64,000 bases of DNA, taken from positions 8,597-72,596 of the forward strand of contig DASTWL010000080.1 of NCBI GenBank assembly GCA_035765895.1, in the 5' to 3' direction. The notes under the pieces were generated by a model. The model was not told the origin of the DNA, ran no database searches, and saw nothing but the letters and a program-made list of their open reading frames with translations. Position numbers and translations under genes: made by a program. This document shows, piece by piece, positions 10,132 through 19,882 of the stretch; position 1 is the first letter of the stretch; each line of letters opens with the position of its first letter. Source of the stretch: Verrucomicrobiia bacterium (GTDB lineage: Bacteria; Verrucomicrobiota; Verrucomicrobiia; Limisphaerales; DSYF01).

Positions 10132-10614
10132 ATGCGTGAGCTGCCTCACACCAAATCCTGCTTCGTCTGCGGCGAGGCCAACCCCGTCGGCCTCCGGCAA
10201 CGCTTTGAAACGGATGGCCGCATCGTGCGCGCCCATTTCCGGCCGCGGCCGGAGCATGCGGGCTTTCAGGGCGTGGTCCACGGCGGTGTTCTGGCCACGC
10301 TGCTGGATGAAATCATGGTCTGGGCCTGTGCCGTGCCGACGCGGAAGTTCGGCTTCTGCGCCGAAATGACGGTGCGCTATCAGCGGCCGGCGACCCCGGG
10401 CGAGGAACTGGTGGCGGAAGCGGAACTCGTGGCAAACCGGCGGGGAAGAATTTTTGAAGCGAAGGCTGAATTGCGCAATGCCGCGGGGGAAATGCTGGCG
10501 AGCGCCACCGGCAAATACATGCCCATTCGCGATGCCGACCTGGCGGGACTGCAACGCGACCTGGTCGGCGACGCGGGCTGGCTGCTGAATCCCGCCGCGC
10601 CGCCGGCGGCCTGA
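10132..10614 (+). CDS. PaaI-family hotdog-fold thioesterase
   Basis: [16 protein letters not shown]... and [17 protein letters not shown] are typical of PaaI/4HBT thioesterases. I chose the start MRELPH at 10132; the upstream part of ORF 9217.. is antisense to trpB. Confidence 0.75.
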   Translation: MRELPHTKSCFVCGEANPVGLRQRFETDGRIVRAHFRPRPEHAGFQGVVHGGVLATLLDEIMVWACAVPTRKFGFCAEMTVRYQRPATPGEELVAEAELVANRRGRIFEAKAELRNAAGEMLASATGKYMPIRDADLAGLQRDLVGDAGWLLNPAAPPAA

Positions 10615-10625
10615 ACGGCGGGGCT

Positions 10626-12143
10626 TTACTTCACGGTCAGATCAATCTTCCGGCGCTCCAGCGTGGTGCCTTCCGCCTGGGCCAGTTGCGCAAGCGAGCG
10701 CTTGTATTGCACCAGCGCGCTGATTTCGTCGGACCGTGCCGAGGTCAGGTCACGCTGCAACGACAACACCACAAAGCTCGTGCTCTTGCCGTTCTCCAGC
10801 TTCTTCTCTTCCGCAGCCAGGGCGGCTTCGGCGTATTCGCGTGCCTTGCGTGTTGCATCGATGCGCTCGTAGTTTGACTGTGCGAGTTTGATCGCGTTGT
10901 CGATCTGGATCATGATGTCCTGCTCCATTTTCTTGAGCGTAAGGACGCTTTGTTCGCGTGCGGCCTTGGCGGAGTTGTAGCGGTTGCGCGCGGCGCCGTT
11001 GCCCAGCGGAATCACGAGCCGCCCGCCGTAAACGTAGAAGGGCCGGTCGCGCTGGTTGACTTCATTCAGCGCGTCGCTGAATTCCTGACCGGAGCCGTTA
11101 TAGCCGAAAGTGCCGAAGGCATCCAGCTGCGGGTAAAGCTGGTTGCGGTTGTATTTCAACTGAATGCCCGCCTGTTCCAAGTCGAGCCGGGACTGCAAAT
11201 AATCCGGGCGCATCGTGAGCCCCTTGGTCCAGCTGTCCTGCAAGTCGAACAACTGTGACTGCGCATTCAGGCTGTCCGACGGTTCCAGGTTCTGGCGGCT
11301 CCAGCTCTTGAAGTCGTCGTTCACCAGCTGCTTGAGGTTGTTTTCCAGCATGTCGAGATTGCGCTGGCCGGCGATGAGGTCGGCCTGGCGCGCGGCGACC
11401 TCGGACTCGGATTGCTTTTCGTCCAGCGGGGCGAGGGCGCCGACCTGCACGCGCTTGCGGTTTTCCTCGAGCAGCCGCTGGGCGAGTTCAAGCGCCTTCT
11501 GTTGCACCTTCAAATTCTCGTAGCTGAACTCGAGATCGTAGTAGGCCAGTTCAACGCGGGTGACGATGTCGATGATGGTTGATTTGAGGGCGAGCTCCGA
11601 ATATTGCACCCGGTTCTTCGCGACGGCGATGTTCAGGCGGGTCGAATCGATCCAGAGATTCTTGAGGAGCGGTTGCGTCACCTGCAACGCCACGGAGCTC
11701 TGGCTGCTGTCGAACGGGAGTCCCACCGCCTGGTTCACGTTCGTGTCGAACGCGAAATTCTGGCCGTATTGTTCGTTCGCGTTGGCGCTGACGTCGTAGT
11801 TCATGCCCCACGGCGTCAACCCGCTGAGGCCGCCGCTGAAATTGTCCGAATCGGTCTTTGCGCCGGGGATGCTGAAGCCGCCGGACAGGATGCGCGAACC
11901 GGATTCGCTGTGATCGTGCTCGCCGGCGAGGCTGAGCGTGGGCTCATAGCCCGCGCGGGCGGCCGCGAGGTTGAACAACGCAAATTGGGGATTGTAGCGT
12001 TCAATGCGCAGATCGAGATTTTTTTGCAGCGCCATTTCAATGCATTCCTGCAACGAAATGGGCCGGGGCGGCGGCGAGTCCGCGGCGAACAGCGACGGGA
12101 TAAAGGCGGTGAACAGCGCAGCGGCGCAGATCCAGAGTCTCAT
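10626..12143 (-). CDS. TolC-family outer-membrane efflux protein
   Basis: Signal peptide [20 protein letters not shown], then [23 protein letters not shown] and a duplicated alpha-helical/beta-barrel repeat pattern. Confidence 0.8.
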   Translation of the reverse strand: MRLWICAAALFTAFIPSLFAADSPPPRPISLQECIEMALQKNLDLRIERYNPQFALFNLAAARAGYEPTLSLAGEHDHSESGSRILSGGFSIPGAKTDSDNFSGGLSGLTPWGMNYDVSANANEQYGQNFAFDTNVNQAVGLPFDSSQSSVALQVTQPLLKNLWIDSTRLNIAVAKNRVQYSELALKSTIIDIVTRVELAYYDLEFSYENLKVQQKALELAQRLLEENRKRVQVGALAPLDEKQSESEVAARQADLIAGQRNLDMLENNLKQLVNDDFKSWSRQNLEPSDSLNAQSQLFDLQDSWTKGLTMRPDYLQSRLDLEQAGIQLKYNRNQLYPQLDAFGTFGYNGSGQEFSDALNEVNQRDRPFYVYGGRLVIPLGNGAARNRYNSAKAAREQSVLTLKKMEQDIMIQIDNAIKLAQSNYERIDATRKAREYAEAALAAEEKKLENGKSTSFVVLSLQRDLTSARSDEISALVQYKRSLAQLAQAEGTTLERRKIDLTVK

Positions 12144-12370
12144 GGTTTTGGGAGATTGCGGCATTCGCTCAAGTTCGTCAAACAGCCGTGCAGAGTTCGA
12201 CCTGAGCCGGCCCCAAAAATTCATCCACAAACTCCGGCGGGCCTGTGAAATATTTGCGCACCCGGCGGTTGTGCTTTTGCCTTGAACCAGTGTGGGAAAG
12301 CGGGTGAAGTGCGGTCGCGTCGGCGGGATTCATTACCGCCGAACGGAGGGGGGACATCCAAGAATAGCGA

Positions 12371-13273
12371 GTGAAAAACAACCAGCCGCATCTTTTCCTG
12401 ATGGCGTTGACTGGCCTGTTGGCCTGGCCGGCACAAGCCCAGGTAAATCCTGCGTCCGCCTGCTCATCATGGACGGCCATCGGTTACGGGCCTGCCGGTT
12501 TCCCCGACCCGGCCGGCGATCAACAAACGGGTTCGTCCGAAGGCGACCTGGTGGGAAACGCGGCTAATCCGTCGTTTTATTCCACCTTCGACAATGGTGG
12601 CACACCCGCGCTCTTCACGGATGGTCAACTGGCTTTCCGCCTGCGTGTCGGGGCGGATAAAAGTCCACCGGGCTACACGGGCTGCGCGTTCGTGGGAATG
12701 GACCTGGATGGCAACGGCTCGCTGGATTTGTTCGCGGGCGTCAACAACAGCGGCTCGACAGCCTTGATTAGCCTCTGGTGGGCTGGTTCGGGCAGCAACC
12801 TTTCGCCCGGCACCACTACCATCGCCGGCACCCCGACGTTTTCGTATGCGGAAACCGCGGCCAGCTACTCATGGATGGCGGTGACGCTGGCGAACAACCC
12901 TGGCGGCACCAGCACGGACATGGATGGCGCCGGGCAGGCGGATTATTTCCTGTCGTTCGTGGTGCCGTTTGCCGATGTGGTAGCCATGGCCCACACCAAG
13001 GGCTTGGCCGGATTTGATGAGCACAGCACGCTGTCCTATGTGGCGGCGACCGCCACCCAGGCCAACAGTTTGAACCAGGATTTGAACGGCGTTGCGGGCG
13101 GCGTGAACTCGTCGGACAGTTGGGCATCGATGGGGGCAATATCAGCGCCCATCACGGCCGCCGGTCCGCTTCCGGTGCCTGAACCTTCCACCTTGGCGCT
13201 GATCGTCCTCGGCCTGGGCGGTTTGGTGGTTCATTACGGGCGAAGGCCGCGGCTCCAGCGTGATCGCCGTTGA
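12371..13273 (+). CDS. PEP-CTERM sorting-domain secreted protein
   Basis: Signal peptide ending AWPAQAQ. C-terminal PVPEPSTLALIVLGLGGLVVHYGRRPR gives the PEP motif, a TM helix and a basic tail. The start is GTG. Confidence 0.8.
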   Translation: MKNNQPHLFLMALTGLLAWPAQAQVNPASACSSWTAIGYGPAGFPDPAGDQQTGSSEGDLVGNAANPSFYSTFDNGGTPALFTDGQLAFRLRVGADKSPPGYTGCAFVGMDLDGNGSLDLFAGVNNSGSTALISLWWAGSGSNLSPGTTTIAGTPTFSYAETAASYSWMAVTLANNPGGTSTDMDGAGQADYFLSFVVPFADVVAMAHTKGLAGFDEHSTLSYVAATATQANSLNQDLNGVAGGVNSSDSWASMGAISAPITAAGPLPVPEPSTLALIVLGLGGLVVHYGRRPRLQRDRR

Positions 13274-13293
13274 GCGGCTCGTCACGATTTGCT

Positions 13294-14301
13294 TCAAGCC
13301 GCTCCGCGCGTCAATCGGTCACTGATGGCCCGCCATTCCGCAGTCGCAGGCGGAGCTTCCACAATGATTTCCTCGGCGCCCGCATCATCGCATTGGTGCA
13401 ACTCCGCATACAGGGCACGTGCGAAGGCTTCGGCGTCGTGCGGCACCACGGCAACGCGCAACCAGTCCGAGCTGCCGGGCACGTGCGTATGGGCTACCAC
13501 ACAGGTCCGCCCACAGGGCGCGCGGCCGGCCTGCTGGGCGCGCAGTTCCGCCTCATTCAGCCAGCGCAAAATCCGCAGGCGGGCGCGTGGCGAGTAATGC
13601 TTTCGCAGCAAACCGGGGCTGCGCAAAACACCGGCCGGTCCGCCGATGGCCAGTTCACCGGTGACGGCGAGCAGGGCTTCTTCGTGAATCATGCCCGGGC
13701 GCAACAAACGCGGCGGGACGTCGCTCACATCGACCACGGTCGATTCGATCCCCACGTTGGACTGGCCGCCGTCCACGATCAGCGGGATTTTGCCATCCAG
13801 TTGTTTCCGCACGTGTTCAGCGCTCGTCGGGGAAAGCTGGTTTGAGAGGTTTGCGCTGGGCGCGGCGAGCGGGAAATCACAGGCCGCGATGACCGCCTGC
13901 ATGAACGGATGACCCGGCCAGCGAATGCCCACCGTCGATCCGCCGGCGGTGACAATTTCCGGAATGAGCGGCGCCCGGGGCAGCACCAGCGTCAGCGGTC
14001 CCGGCCAGAACGCACGGGCCAGCGCCGCCGCCGCCGGCGGCCACGCCGTCACGCATCGCCGGGCCAGTGCGTGGCCGGCCACGTGACAAATGATGGGATT
14101 GTGCGCAGGCCGGCCCTTCACGTCATAGATGCGCGCGACGGCGGCGGGATCCAGCGCATTGGCCGAGAGGCCGTAAACGGTTTCCGTGGGCAGCGCCACC
14201 ACCTCGCCTGCCCGGAGCAGGGCCACGGCCCGGAGCACCGCCGCGTCGAACAACGCCGGCGTGTGGGTGGGCAGGATTTCTGTGCGGAATAATTTGCGCA
14301 T
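13294..14301 (-). CDS. tsaC: L-threonylcarbamoyladenylate synthase (Sua5/YrdC type, with Sua5 C-terminal domain)
   Basis: VVALPTETVYGLSANALDPAAVARIYDVKGRPAHNPIICHV, then GIRWPGHP and APSANLS. Start chosen at ATG 14301. Confidence 0.85.
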   Translation of the reverse strand: MRKLFRTEILPTHTPALFDAAVLRAVALLRAGEVVALPTETVYGLSANALDPAAVARIYDVKGRPAHNPIICHVAGHALARRCVTAWPPAAAALARAFWPGPLTLVLPRAPLIPEIVTAGGSTVGIRWPGHPFMQAVIAACDFPLAAPSANLSNQLSPTSAEHVRKQLDGKIPLIVDGGQSNVGIESTVVDVSDVPPRLLRPGMIHEEALLAVTGELAIGGPAGVLRSPGLLRKHYSPRARLRILRWLNEAELRAQQAGRAPCGRTCVVAHTHVPGSSDWLRVAVVPHDAEAFARALYAELHQCDDAGAEEIIVEAPPATAEWRAISDRLTRGAA

Positions 14302-14404
14302 GGCCAGCCGCAGGCTGCGCGAATTTGGGCCTGCGCGCAACTTGCGCCGTGCGCCTTGGATTTTCCGGCTTCCGGGAAACGCCGGCCAAAACTAGAATCA
14401 AACC

Positions 14405-15490
14405 GTGCAGTTGCCAAATCTCACCGCCCAACTGGAAGCCGGCACAGACCTGTCCGAAACGCAGGTTGCCGCCGCGCTCGACGCGCTCGTGAATGACGCG
14501 CTCGCCGTCGCGCAGAAGGCCGACTTTCTGGCGGCGCTGGCGCGGAAGGGCGAATCCATTGCCGAAATCACGGCCTTCGCCCGGCAGTTGCGCGAACGGG
14601 CAGTAGCCGTGCCCCTCGACCCGCGCACGCGCACGCGGGAGATTCTCGATGTCGTCGGCACCGGCGGCGACCGGCTGAACACCTTCAACATTTCCTCCAC
14701 CGCGGCGCTGTTGTGCGCAGCGGCGGGTGTCACCGTGGCAAAGCACGGCAATCGCGCGGCCACTTCGGCCTCGGGCAGCGCGGATGTGCTGGAATCGCTG
14801 GGCATCAACCTCCATCTCGCCCCGGCGGCGGCGGCGGCGCGGCTCCACGAGCGCGGCTTCGCCTTCCTGTTTGCGCCTAACTATCATCCGACCTTCCAGC
14901 ACATTGGCCCGGCGCGCAAGCTGTGTGCGGAACGCGGACAACGGACCATCTTCAATTTTCTCGGCCCGCTGCTGAATCCGGTCCGGCCCACCGCCATGTT
15001 GCTCGGCGTGCCCCGGCCGGACATGTGCGAACCCATCGCGCACGTGCTGCAATCGCTCGGCGTGCGGCGGGCCATGGTGGTATGTGGCGCCGTCCCGCCC
15101 GCCGAACCCGGCGCCGCTGGCCAGCCGGCCGTTCCGGCGTCGGTCCGCCATCTCGACGAACTTTCCACGCTGGGCGAATCGACCGTGGCCGAGTTCTATC
15201 AGGAGCGTGGCTTTGCGGTGTCCACGTTCAGCCCCGCCGATTTTCCGGTGCAACCCGCCCGGCTTTCCGATCTTGTGGGCGGCGACAAGCTGGCCAATGC
15301 GGAAACCGCCCGGTGCATTTTGCGCGGGGACGAGCGCGGCCCCAAACGGGATGCCGTGCTGTTGAACGCGGCGGCGGCCCTGTTTGTGGCGGGGCGTTGC
15401 CGGACGATGGCCGAGGGCTGGGAGCTGGGCGAAACTTTGATTGCCGACGGTCGCGCCATCGCCAAACTGACTGAGCTGATCCAACCGTGA
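14405..15490 (+). CDS. trpD: Anthranilate phosphoribosyltransferase
   Basis: ILDVVGTGGDRLNTFNISSTAALLCAAAGVTVAKHGNRAATSASGSADVLE. The start is GTG. Confidence 0.9.
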   Translation: MQLPNLTAQLEAGTDLSETQVAAALDALVNDALAVAQKADFLAALARKGESIAEITAFARQLRERAVAVPLDPRTRTREILDVVGTGGDRLNTFNISSTAALLCAAAGVTVAKHGNRAATSASGSADVLESLGINLHLAPAAAAARLHERGFAFLFAPNYHPTFQHIGPARKLCAERGQRTIFNFLGPLLNPVRPTAMLLGVPRPDMCEPIAHVLQSLGVRRAMVVCGAVPPAEPGAAGQPAVPASVRHLDELSTLGESTVAEFYQERGFAVSTFSPADFPVQPARLSDLVGGDKLANAETARCILRGDERGPKRDAVLLNAAAALFVAGRCRTMAEGWELGETLIADGRAIAKLTELIQP

Positions 15491-15960
15491 ACGAATCCTT
15501 GCCGGACCATCAACCAACGCTGGCGGCCGTGCCACCAATCATCGACGCGGGCAAGCCGTCTGCGCGGGCGGTGCGCGGGATTCTGTTGGCGCTGGGCGGC
15601 GGGCTGGCGGTTTTGCTGGGCGTGTTGTTCTGGTTCAATCCGGCGCGGCACGGTTTCTACCCGACCTGCGTCTTTCACCGGTTGACGGGCCTCGAATGCC
15701 CCGGCTGCGGCGGCCTCCGCGCGGTGCATCATCTCCTGCACGGCGAAATTCTGACGGCCTTCCGGTTCAATCCGCTGGTGGTCGTGGCCTTGCCGTTCCT
15801 CTTGATCTGGGGTATTCGCCGCTGGTGGTGCGGCCCGCGGGTGCCGCCACTTTCGCACCGGGTGCAGGCGCGCTGGGGGTGGTTTGCATTTGGGGTGCTG
15901 ATGGTCTTCTGGATCGTTCGTAATCTGCCGCTGGCGATGTTCCAACTGCCGCCCGGTTAA
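15487..15960 (+). CDS. DUF2752-type membrane protein
   Basis: CVFHRLTGLECPGCGGLRAVHHLLHGE flanked by TM helices. The GTG start overlaps the trpD stop. Confidence 0.7.
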   Translation: MNESLPDHQPTLAAVPPIIDAGKPSARAVRGILLALGGGLAVLLGVLFWFNPARHGFYPTCVFHRLTGLECPGCGGLRAVHHLLHGEILTAFRFNPLVVVALPFLLIWGIRRWWCGPRVPPLSHRVQARWGWFAFGVLMVFWIVRNLPLAMFQLPPG

Positions 15961-16053
15961 CAAGCTTGCCGCAGGTGGTAGAAAGTGCGGCGACAGGCTT
16001 GCCTCGCTGCGTGAGTTGGCGTAAAAGGCGCTCAATCAGAACAAAGGACCAGC

Positions 16054-16704
16054 ATGTATAAGATTCGCGGGGGTGACGGCAACGAATACGGACCAGTGAC
16101 GGCGGACGCCTTGCGGCAGTGGATCGCCGAGCGGCGCGCCAATGCCGAAACGTTGGTCCAACGCGAGGGCACCACGATGTGGCAGGTGCTGGGCAGCCTG
16201 CCGGAATTCGCTGATGTATTTGGAGCGGCGGGCGCGGCAGCTGGCACGGGGGGCGGGCCTGGTTTGACGCCGGGCGTGAGCGCGGATCAAGGCGCACAAG
16301 GTCTCGCCAAGCCGGCGGGTTGGGCGCTGACGGTGGTGGGCATTCTGGGCATCCTCTGGAACCTGGGGCAGGGCGTGTTCTACGCCGTGGGGGGCACGGC
16401 CACCAATCCGATGTTTCAAAATTTTCTGCAACGCAATCCCTCGTCGTCCGGCGCGATGAAGGCGGGATTCATCTTCGGGCTGGTGTTCGCGCTCGTCTTC
16501 GGCGTCGTGTGGGCGGGCTTTGTGGCTTATGCGGGCACCAAGCTGCGCCGGCTGGAATCGTGGGGCCTGGTGCTGACGGCGGCCATTCTTTGTCTGGTGC
16601 CGTGCTTTGGCAGCAGTCTGCCGGTCTGTTTTTTAAGCTTTCCAGTGGGCGTGTGGGTGATCATCGTGCTGTGCCAGCCCAAGGTGAAGAACGCGTTTAC
16701 CTGA
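16054..16704 (+). CDS. GYF_2 (DUF4339) domain protein 1, fused to an unassigned 4-TM module
   Basis: N-terminus MYKIRGGDGNEYGPVTADALRQWIAERRANAETLVQREGTTMWQVLGSLPEFADVF, then an Ala/Gly linker and hydrophobic helices. Confidence 0.8.
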   Translation: MYKIRGGDGNEYGPVTADALRQWIAERRANAETLVQREGTTMWQVLGSLPEFADVFGAAGAAAGTGGGPGLTPGVSADQGAQGLAKPAGWALTVVGILGILWNLGQGVFYAVGGTATNPMFQNFLQRNPSSSGAMKAGFIFGLVFALVFGVVWAGFVAYAGTKLRRLESWGLVLTAAILCLVPCFGSSLPVCFLSFPVGVWVIIVLCQPKVKNAFT

Positions 16705-16743
16705 ACTCCAAACGAGGCAGTCCCAATACAAGAAAGGCCATCC

Positions 16744-17250
16744 ATGTATAAAATTCTCGGCGGCGACGGCAAAGAATACGGCCCGGTTTCGGCGGAAACG
16801 CTGCAACAATGGGTCAACGAAGGGCGCGCCAACGCGCAGACGCAGGTGCAGGCCGAGGGCGGCACCGGCTGGACGGCCATGGGGCAATTGCCGGAGTTCG
16901 CGACGTTGTTCGCGCCGCCGCCCCCCCCGCCGCCGGGCGCGCCGGGAACCATCAGTCCAGCCACCGCCACCGCCGTGCCTCCCGGCACAAAAATTCCGAA
17001 CTATCTGGTCCAGTCCATTCTCGTCACATTGTGCTGCTGCCTGCCCTTCGGCATCGCGGCCATTGTTTACGCGGCGCAGGTGAACTCGAAGCTGGCTGCC
17101 GGTGATCTCGCCGGGGCGCAGGACAGTTCCAACAAGGCCAAGATGTGGTGCTGGATTGCCTTCGGCCTGGGCCTGGTGCTGAACCTTATCGTCGTGGCCG
17201 TCCAAATCATCGGCCTGGCGGCCAGCGGTGGAATGCAACACATGCACTGA
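16744..17250 (+). CDS. GYF_2 domain protein 2, fused to a CD225/dispanin-like module
   Basis: MYKILGGDGKEYGPVSAETLQQWVNEGRANAQTQVQAEGGTGWTAMGQLPEFATLF, a PPPPPPPGAPG linker, then NYLVQSILVTLCCCLPFGIAAIVYAAQV...AKMWCWIAFGLG. Confidence 0.8.
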   Translation: MYKILGGDGKEYGPVSAETLQQWVNEGRANAQTQVQAEGGTGWTAMGQLPEFATLFAPPPPPPPGAPGTISPATATAVPPGTKIPNYLVQSILVTLCCCLPFGIAAIVYAAQVNSKLAAGDLAGAQDSSNKAKMWCWIAFGLGLVLNLIVVAVQIIGLAASGGMQHMH

Positions 17251-17251
17251 A

Positions 17252-17752
17252 ATGAACGACGCGTTCAGGCTCGTGGGAGCGGACGGACGCGAATACGGCC
17301 CGGCGACGGCAGGACAAGTCAGCCAGTGGATTCGCGAAGGACGGGTGCACGGCCAAACCCGGATGAAACGGGAAGACGCGGCGGAGTGGACCACGCTGGG
17401 GCAACTTCCGGAATTCGCCGGCGAACTCAACGTTCCGCCCCGGCTGGCGCCGCCGCCGCCGGCCGTCGAAACCGGCCTGGCGCAACTCATCCCCTATCGC
17501 AACGGTCTGGCGCTGGGCGCCTACTATTGCGCCGTGTTTGCGCTGATTCCCGTCGTCGGCCTGCTGCTCGGCTGGGTGGCCTTTGGTCTCGGTCTGGCCG
17601 CATTGCGGTTTCTGCGGCGCAATCCCGCAGCAGGCGGCAAGGTGCATGCCTGGATCGGCATCGTGCTTGGCGCGCTCTGCGGCCTCGGCAACATCATGCT
17701 GTTTGCATTGCCGGTGGGCGCGGCGCTCCTGCGCCATCAGGCAGGCAGGTGA
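17252..17752 (+). CDS. GYF_2 domain protein 3, fused to a DUF4190-like module
   Basis: MNDAFRLVGADGREYGPATAGQVSQWIREGRVHGQTRMKREDAAEWTTLGQLPEFAGEL, a Pro-rich linker, then two TM helices with RRNPAAGGKVHAWIGIVLG. The start is 1 nt after the previous stop. Confidence 0.8.
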   Translation: MNDAFRLVGADGREYGPATAGQVSQWIREGRVHGQTRMKREDAAEWTTLGQLPEFAGELNVPPRLAPPPPAVETGLAQLIPYRNGLALGAYYCAVFALIPVVGLLLGWVAFGLGLAALRFLRRNPAAGGKVHAWIGIVLGALCGLGNIMLFALPVGAALLRHQAGR

Positions 17753-17754
17753 TC

Positions 17755-18444
17755 ATGTTCAAAGTCCTCGGCAATGATGGCCGGGAATACGGTCCGGTGG
17801 ACGCCGCCGTGCTGCGGCAGTGGATTCATGAGGGGCGCGCCGGAGCCGGCACGCAAATCCGCGAGACCGACGCGACGACGTGGCAGCCGCTCCAATCGCA
17901 TGCCAGTTTCGCTGATTTGTTTCAATCGCCCGCACCGCCTGTCAGCGCGGGCAGTCGCGGGCTTCCTTTGGCGGTGCGCATCATAGGCGTGGCGACACTG
18001 GCGGCGGGTTTGTTTATTTTGCTGCGCCAGATAGGCACCTGGTCCGCGTTGATGCAGCACTCCGTCAACCCGCGGCAATTTCCGCCCACGTTTATCCTGT
18101 TCCAGACGCTTGCGCTGCTCGGCGTCGTGGTGCGGCTGGTCAGCGGTGCGGGGCTGCTCCTTCGGCGGGAATGGGCGCGGCGTCTGGCACAGTATTACGC
18201 GGTCTTTGCCATCGCGTTGGGGCTTTATGGCCTGGGACAGACCTTCCTGTGGCTGACGACACGTGCCGGCTCGTTCAACGGGTTCACATCCATTACTTTT
18301 CTCGCCGGCATTGGTTTCAGTTTGGTGATGCTCGGGTTTGATGGGGTGACGATCCTGGTGTTGAGACGCCAGGATGTGCGGGCGGCGTTTGGGGCCGCCC
18401 GCCAATTGGACGGTAACGTTAGTTCCAAAACGGGGTTGAAATAA
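17755..18444 (+). CDS. GYF_2 domain protein 4, fused to a second unassigned 4-TM module
   Basis: MFKVLGNDGREYGPVDAAVLRQWIHEGRAGAGTQIRETDATTWQPLQSHASFADLF. The start is 2 nt after the previous stop. The upstream part of track ORF 17326.. is an out-of-context extension. Confidence 0.8.
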   Translation: MFKVLGNDGREYGPVDAAVLRQWIHEGRAGAGTQIRETDATTWQPLQSHASFADLFQSPAPPVSAGSRGLPLAVRIIGVATLAAGLFILLRQIGTWSALMQHSVNPRQFPPTFILFQTLALLGVVVRLVSGAGLLLRREWARRLAQYYAVFAIALGLYGLGQTFLWLTTRAGSFNGFTSITFLAGIGFSLVMLGFDGVTILVLRRQDVRAAFGAARQLDGNVSSKTGLK

Positions 18445-18517
18445 TACTGGGCCGGCGTGACGGGCCGGGTTTATTGAAATTGCGCTCAGTGCAGTCAACC
18501 TCGTGAAGGGAGCAACC

Positions 18518-19015
18518 ATGTTCAACATCATTGGAGCAGACGGCAAGGCCTACGGCCCGGTGTCCCGGGAAGTAATTGGCCAGTGGATTCGGGAGGGCCG
18601 GGCGAACGGCGCCACGCCGGCGCAACCCGCTGGCGCGACCAGCTGGCAGACGCTGGCGACGCTCCCGGAATTCGCCGACCAGTTTTCGGGCGGGCCCAGT
18701 GCGCCGCCCACCCTGAGCCCGCCGCGGCTGGATCTCGCGGCGCGCGCCAGCAACAAAATCGCGGCCGGCGTTTGCGGCCTGTTGCTGGGTGGCTTGGGCG
18801 TGCACAAATTCATTCTCGGCTACACCAATGCCGGCCTCATCATGCTCGCCGTCACCCTGGGCGGGTTCCTGCTGGGCTTTGCCACGTGCGGCGTTACGTT
18901 CCTGGCCTGCTCGGCGATGAGCATCGTTGGGCTGGTCGAAGGCATCATCTATCTCACCAAAACGGACGAGGAATTCGTCCGCGTTTACGTGGACGGCCGG
19001 AAGGAATGGTTCTGA
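18518..19015 (+). CDS. GYF_2 domain protein 5, fused to a TM2-like module
   Basis: MFNIIGADGKAYGPVSREVIGQWIREGRANGATPAQPAGATSWQTLATLPEFADQF, a Pro-rich linker, then AAGVCGLLLGGLGVHKFILGYTNAGLIML. Confidence 0.8.
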   Translation: MFNIIGADGKAYGPVSREVIGQWIREGRANGATPAQPAGATSWQTLATLPEFADQFSGGPSAPPTLSPPRLDLAARASNKIAAGVCGLLLGGLGVHKFILGYTNAGLIMLAVTLGGFLLGFATCGVTFLACSAMSIVGLVEGIIYLTKTDEEFVRVYVDGRKEWF

Positions 19016-19033
19016 ACAACGGGAGGACGCAAC

Positions 19034-19882
19034 ATGTATCACATCATTGGAGCGGATGGAAAAACTTACGGACCGGTTCCCGCCGACGAAATTCGCCAGT
19101 GGGTCCGGGAAGGGCGGGCCGGCGGGCAGACCCAGGTTCGCGCCGAAGGCAGCAGTGAATGGCAAAAGCTGTCCGTGCTGCCGGAATTTGCCGACCTGTT
19201 TGGCGACACTGCGGCCGGTTCGCCGCCGGTTTTGTCAAACCCGCCCGCGGGCGCGCCTCCCAATCCCGATGCCCTGGTGGCCGAGGTGCTGGCACGGCAT
19301 CCCGTCGTTGACGCCGGTGCGTGTTTCAGCCGCGCGTGGACGCTGGTGAGCAACCGCTTCTGGCTCAGCGTGGGTGTCGGCCTGGTGGGGGCGTTGTTGA
19401 CCAATGTGCCGTTCCTCTACGGCGTGGCCTACGCCGGCATGTTTTGGTTTTTCCTGCGGTGCATCCGGGGCGAGTCCGCCAAGTTTGAGGACCTGTTCGC
19501 GCCGTTCAGTGTGGCCTTCCTGCAAACCTTTCTCGCCGGGTTGGTGGCTTCCCTGCTGGCGTCGCTCGGGTTCATGTTGTGCATCATTCCCGGGCTCGTA
19601 TTGATGGCGCTGTGGACATTCACCTGGCCGTTGCTGATGGACAAGCGGCTTGAATTCTGGCCCGCGATGGAAGTGAGCCGGAAGGTGCTCTGGCCGAATA
19701 TCTGGGGTGTGTTGTGGCTGTGGGTGCTGAGTTTTCTCATCATGTGCCTTGGCCTGTTGTGCTGCTACGTCGGCGTGTTTGTGGCATTTCCGCTGGTCAT
19801 CGCCGCGCAGGCCTACGCCTATGAAGATTTCTTCGGTCGCAAGCCGGTTTCGCGGGGGCTGGCCCTGCCCACCGCACCGTGA
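19034..19882 (+). CDS. GYF_2 domain protein 6, fused to a DUF975-like multi-TM module
   Basis: MYHIIGADGKTYGPVPADEIRQWVREGRAGGQTQVRAEGSSEWQKLSVLPEFADLF, a Pro-rich linker, then a membrane domain of about 190 aa (FSRAWTLVSNRFW...IRGESAKFEDLF...). Confidence 0.8.
   Translation: MYHIIGADGKTYGPVPADEIRQWVREGRAGGQTQVRAEGSSEWQKLSVLPEFADLFGDTAAGSPPVLSNPPAGAPPNPDALVAEVLARHPVVDAGACFSRAWTLVSNRFWLSVGVGLVGALLTNVPFLYGVAYAGMFWFFLRCIRGESAKFEDLFAPFSVAFLQTFLAGLVASLLASLGFMLCIIPGLVLMALWTFTWPLLMDKRLEFWPAMEVSRKVLWPNIWGVLWLWVLSFLIMCLGLLCCYVGVFVAFPLVIAAQAYAYEDFFGRKPVSRGLALPTAP

Noticed and set aside
9217-10554. Long N-terminal extensions of trpB (to 10554) and of the thioesterase (from 9217)
   Set aside because: The two extensions run antisense through each other's coding regions. 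The canonical N-termini MNNVADL (10041) and MRELPH (10132) fit the families.
14123-15538. 471-aa minus-strand ORF
   Set aside because: It is antisense to trpD, which has unambiguous motifs. It has shadow-ORF composition.
16054-16800. Recent duplication or gene conversion between the first two GYF genes
   Set aside because: The first 41 nt are 35/41 identical, but the nucleotide sequences diverge quickly afterwards. Similarity is mainly at protein level, so the paralogues look old.
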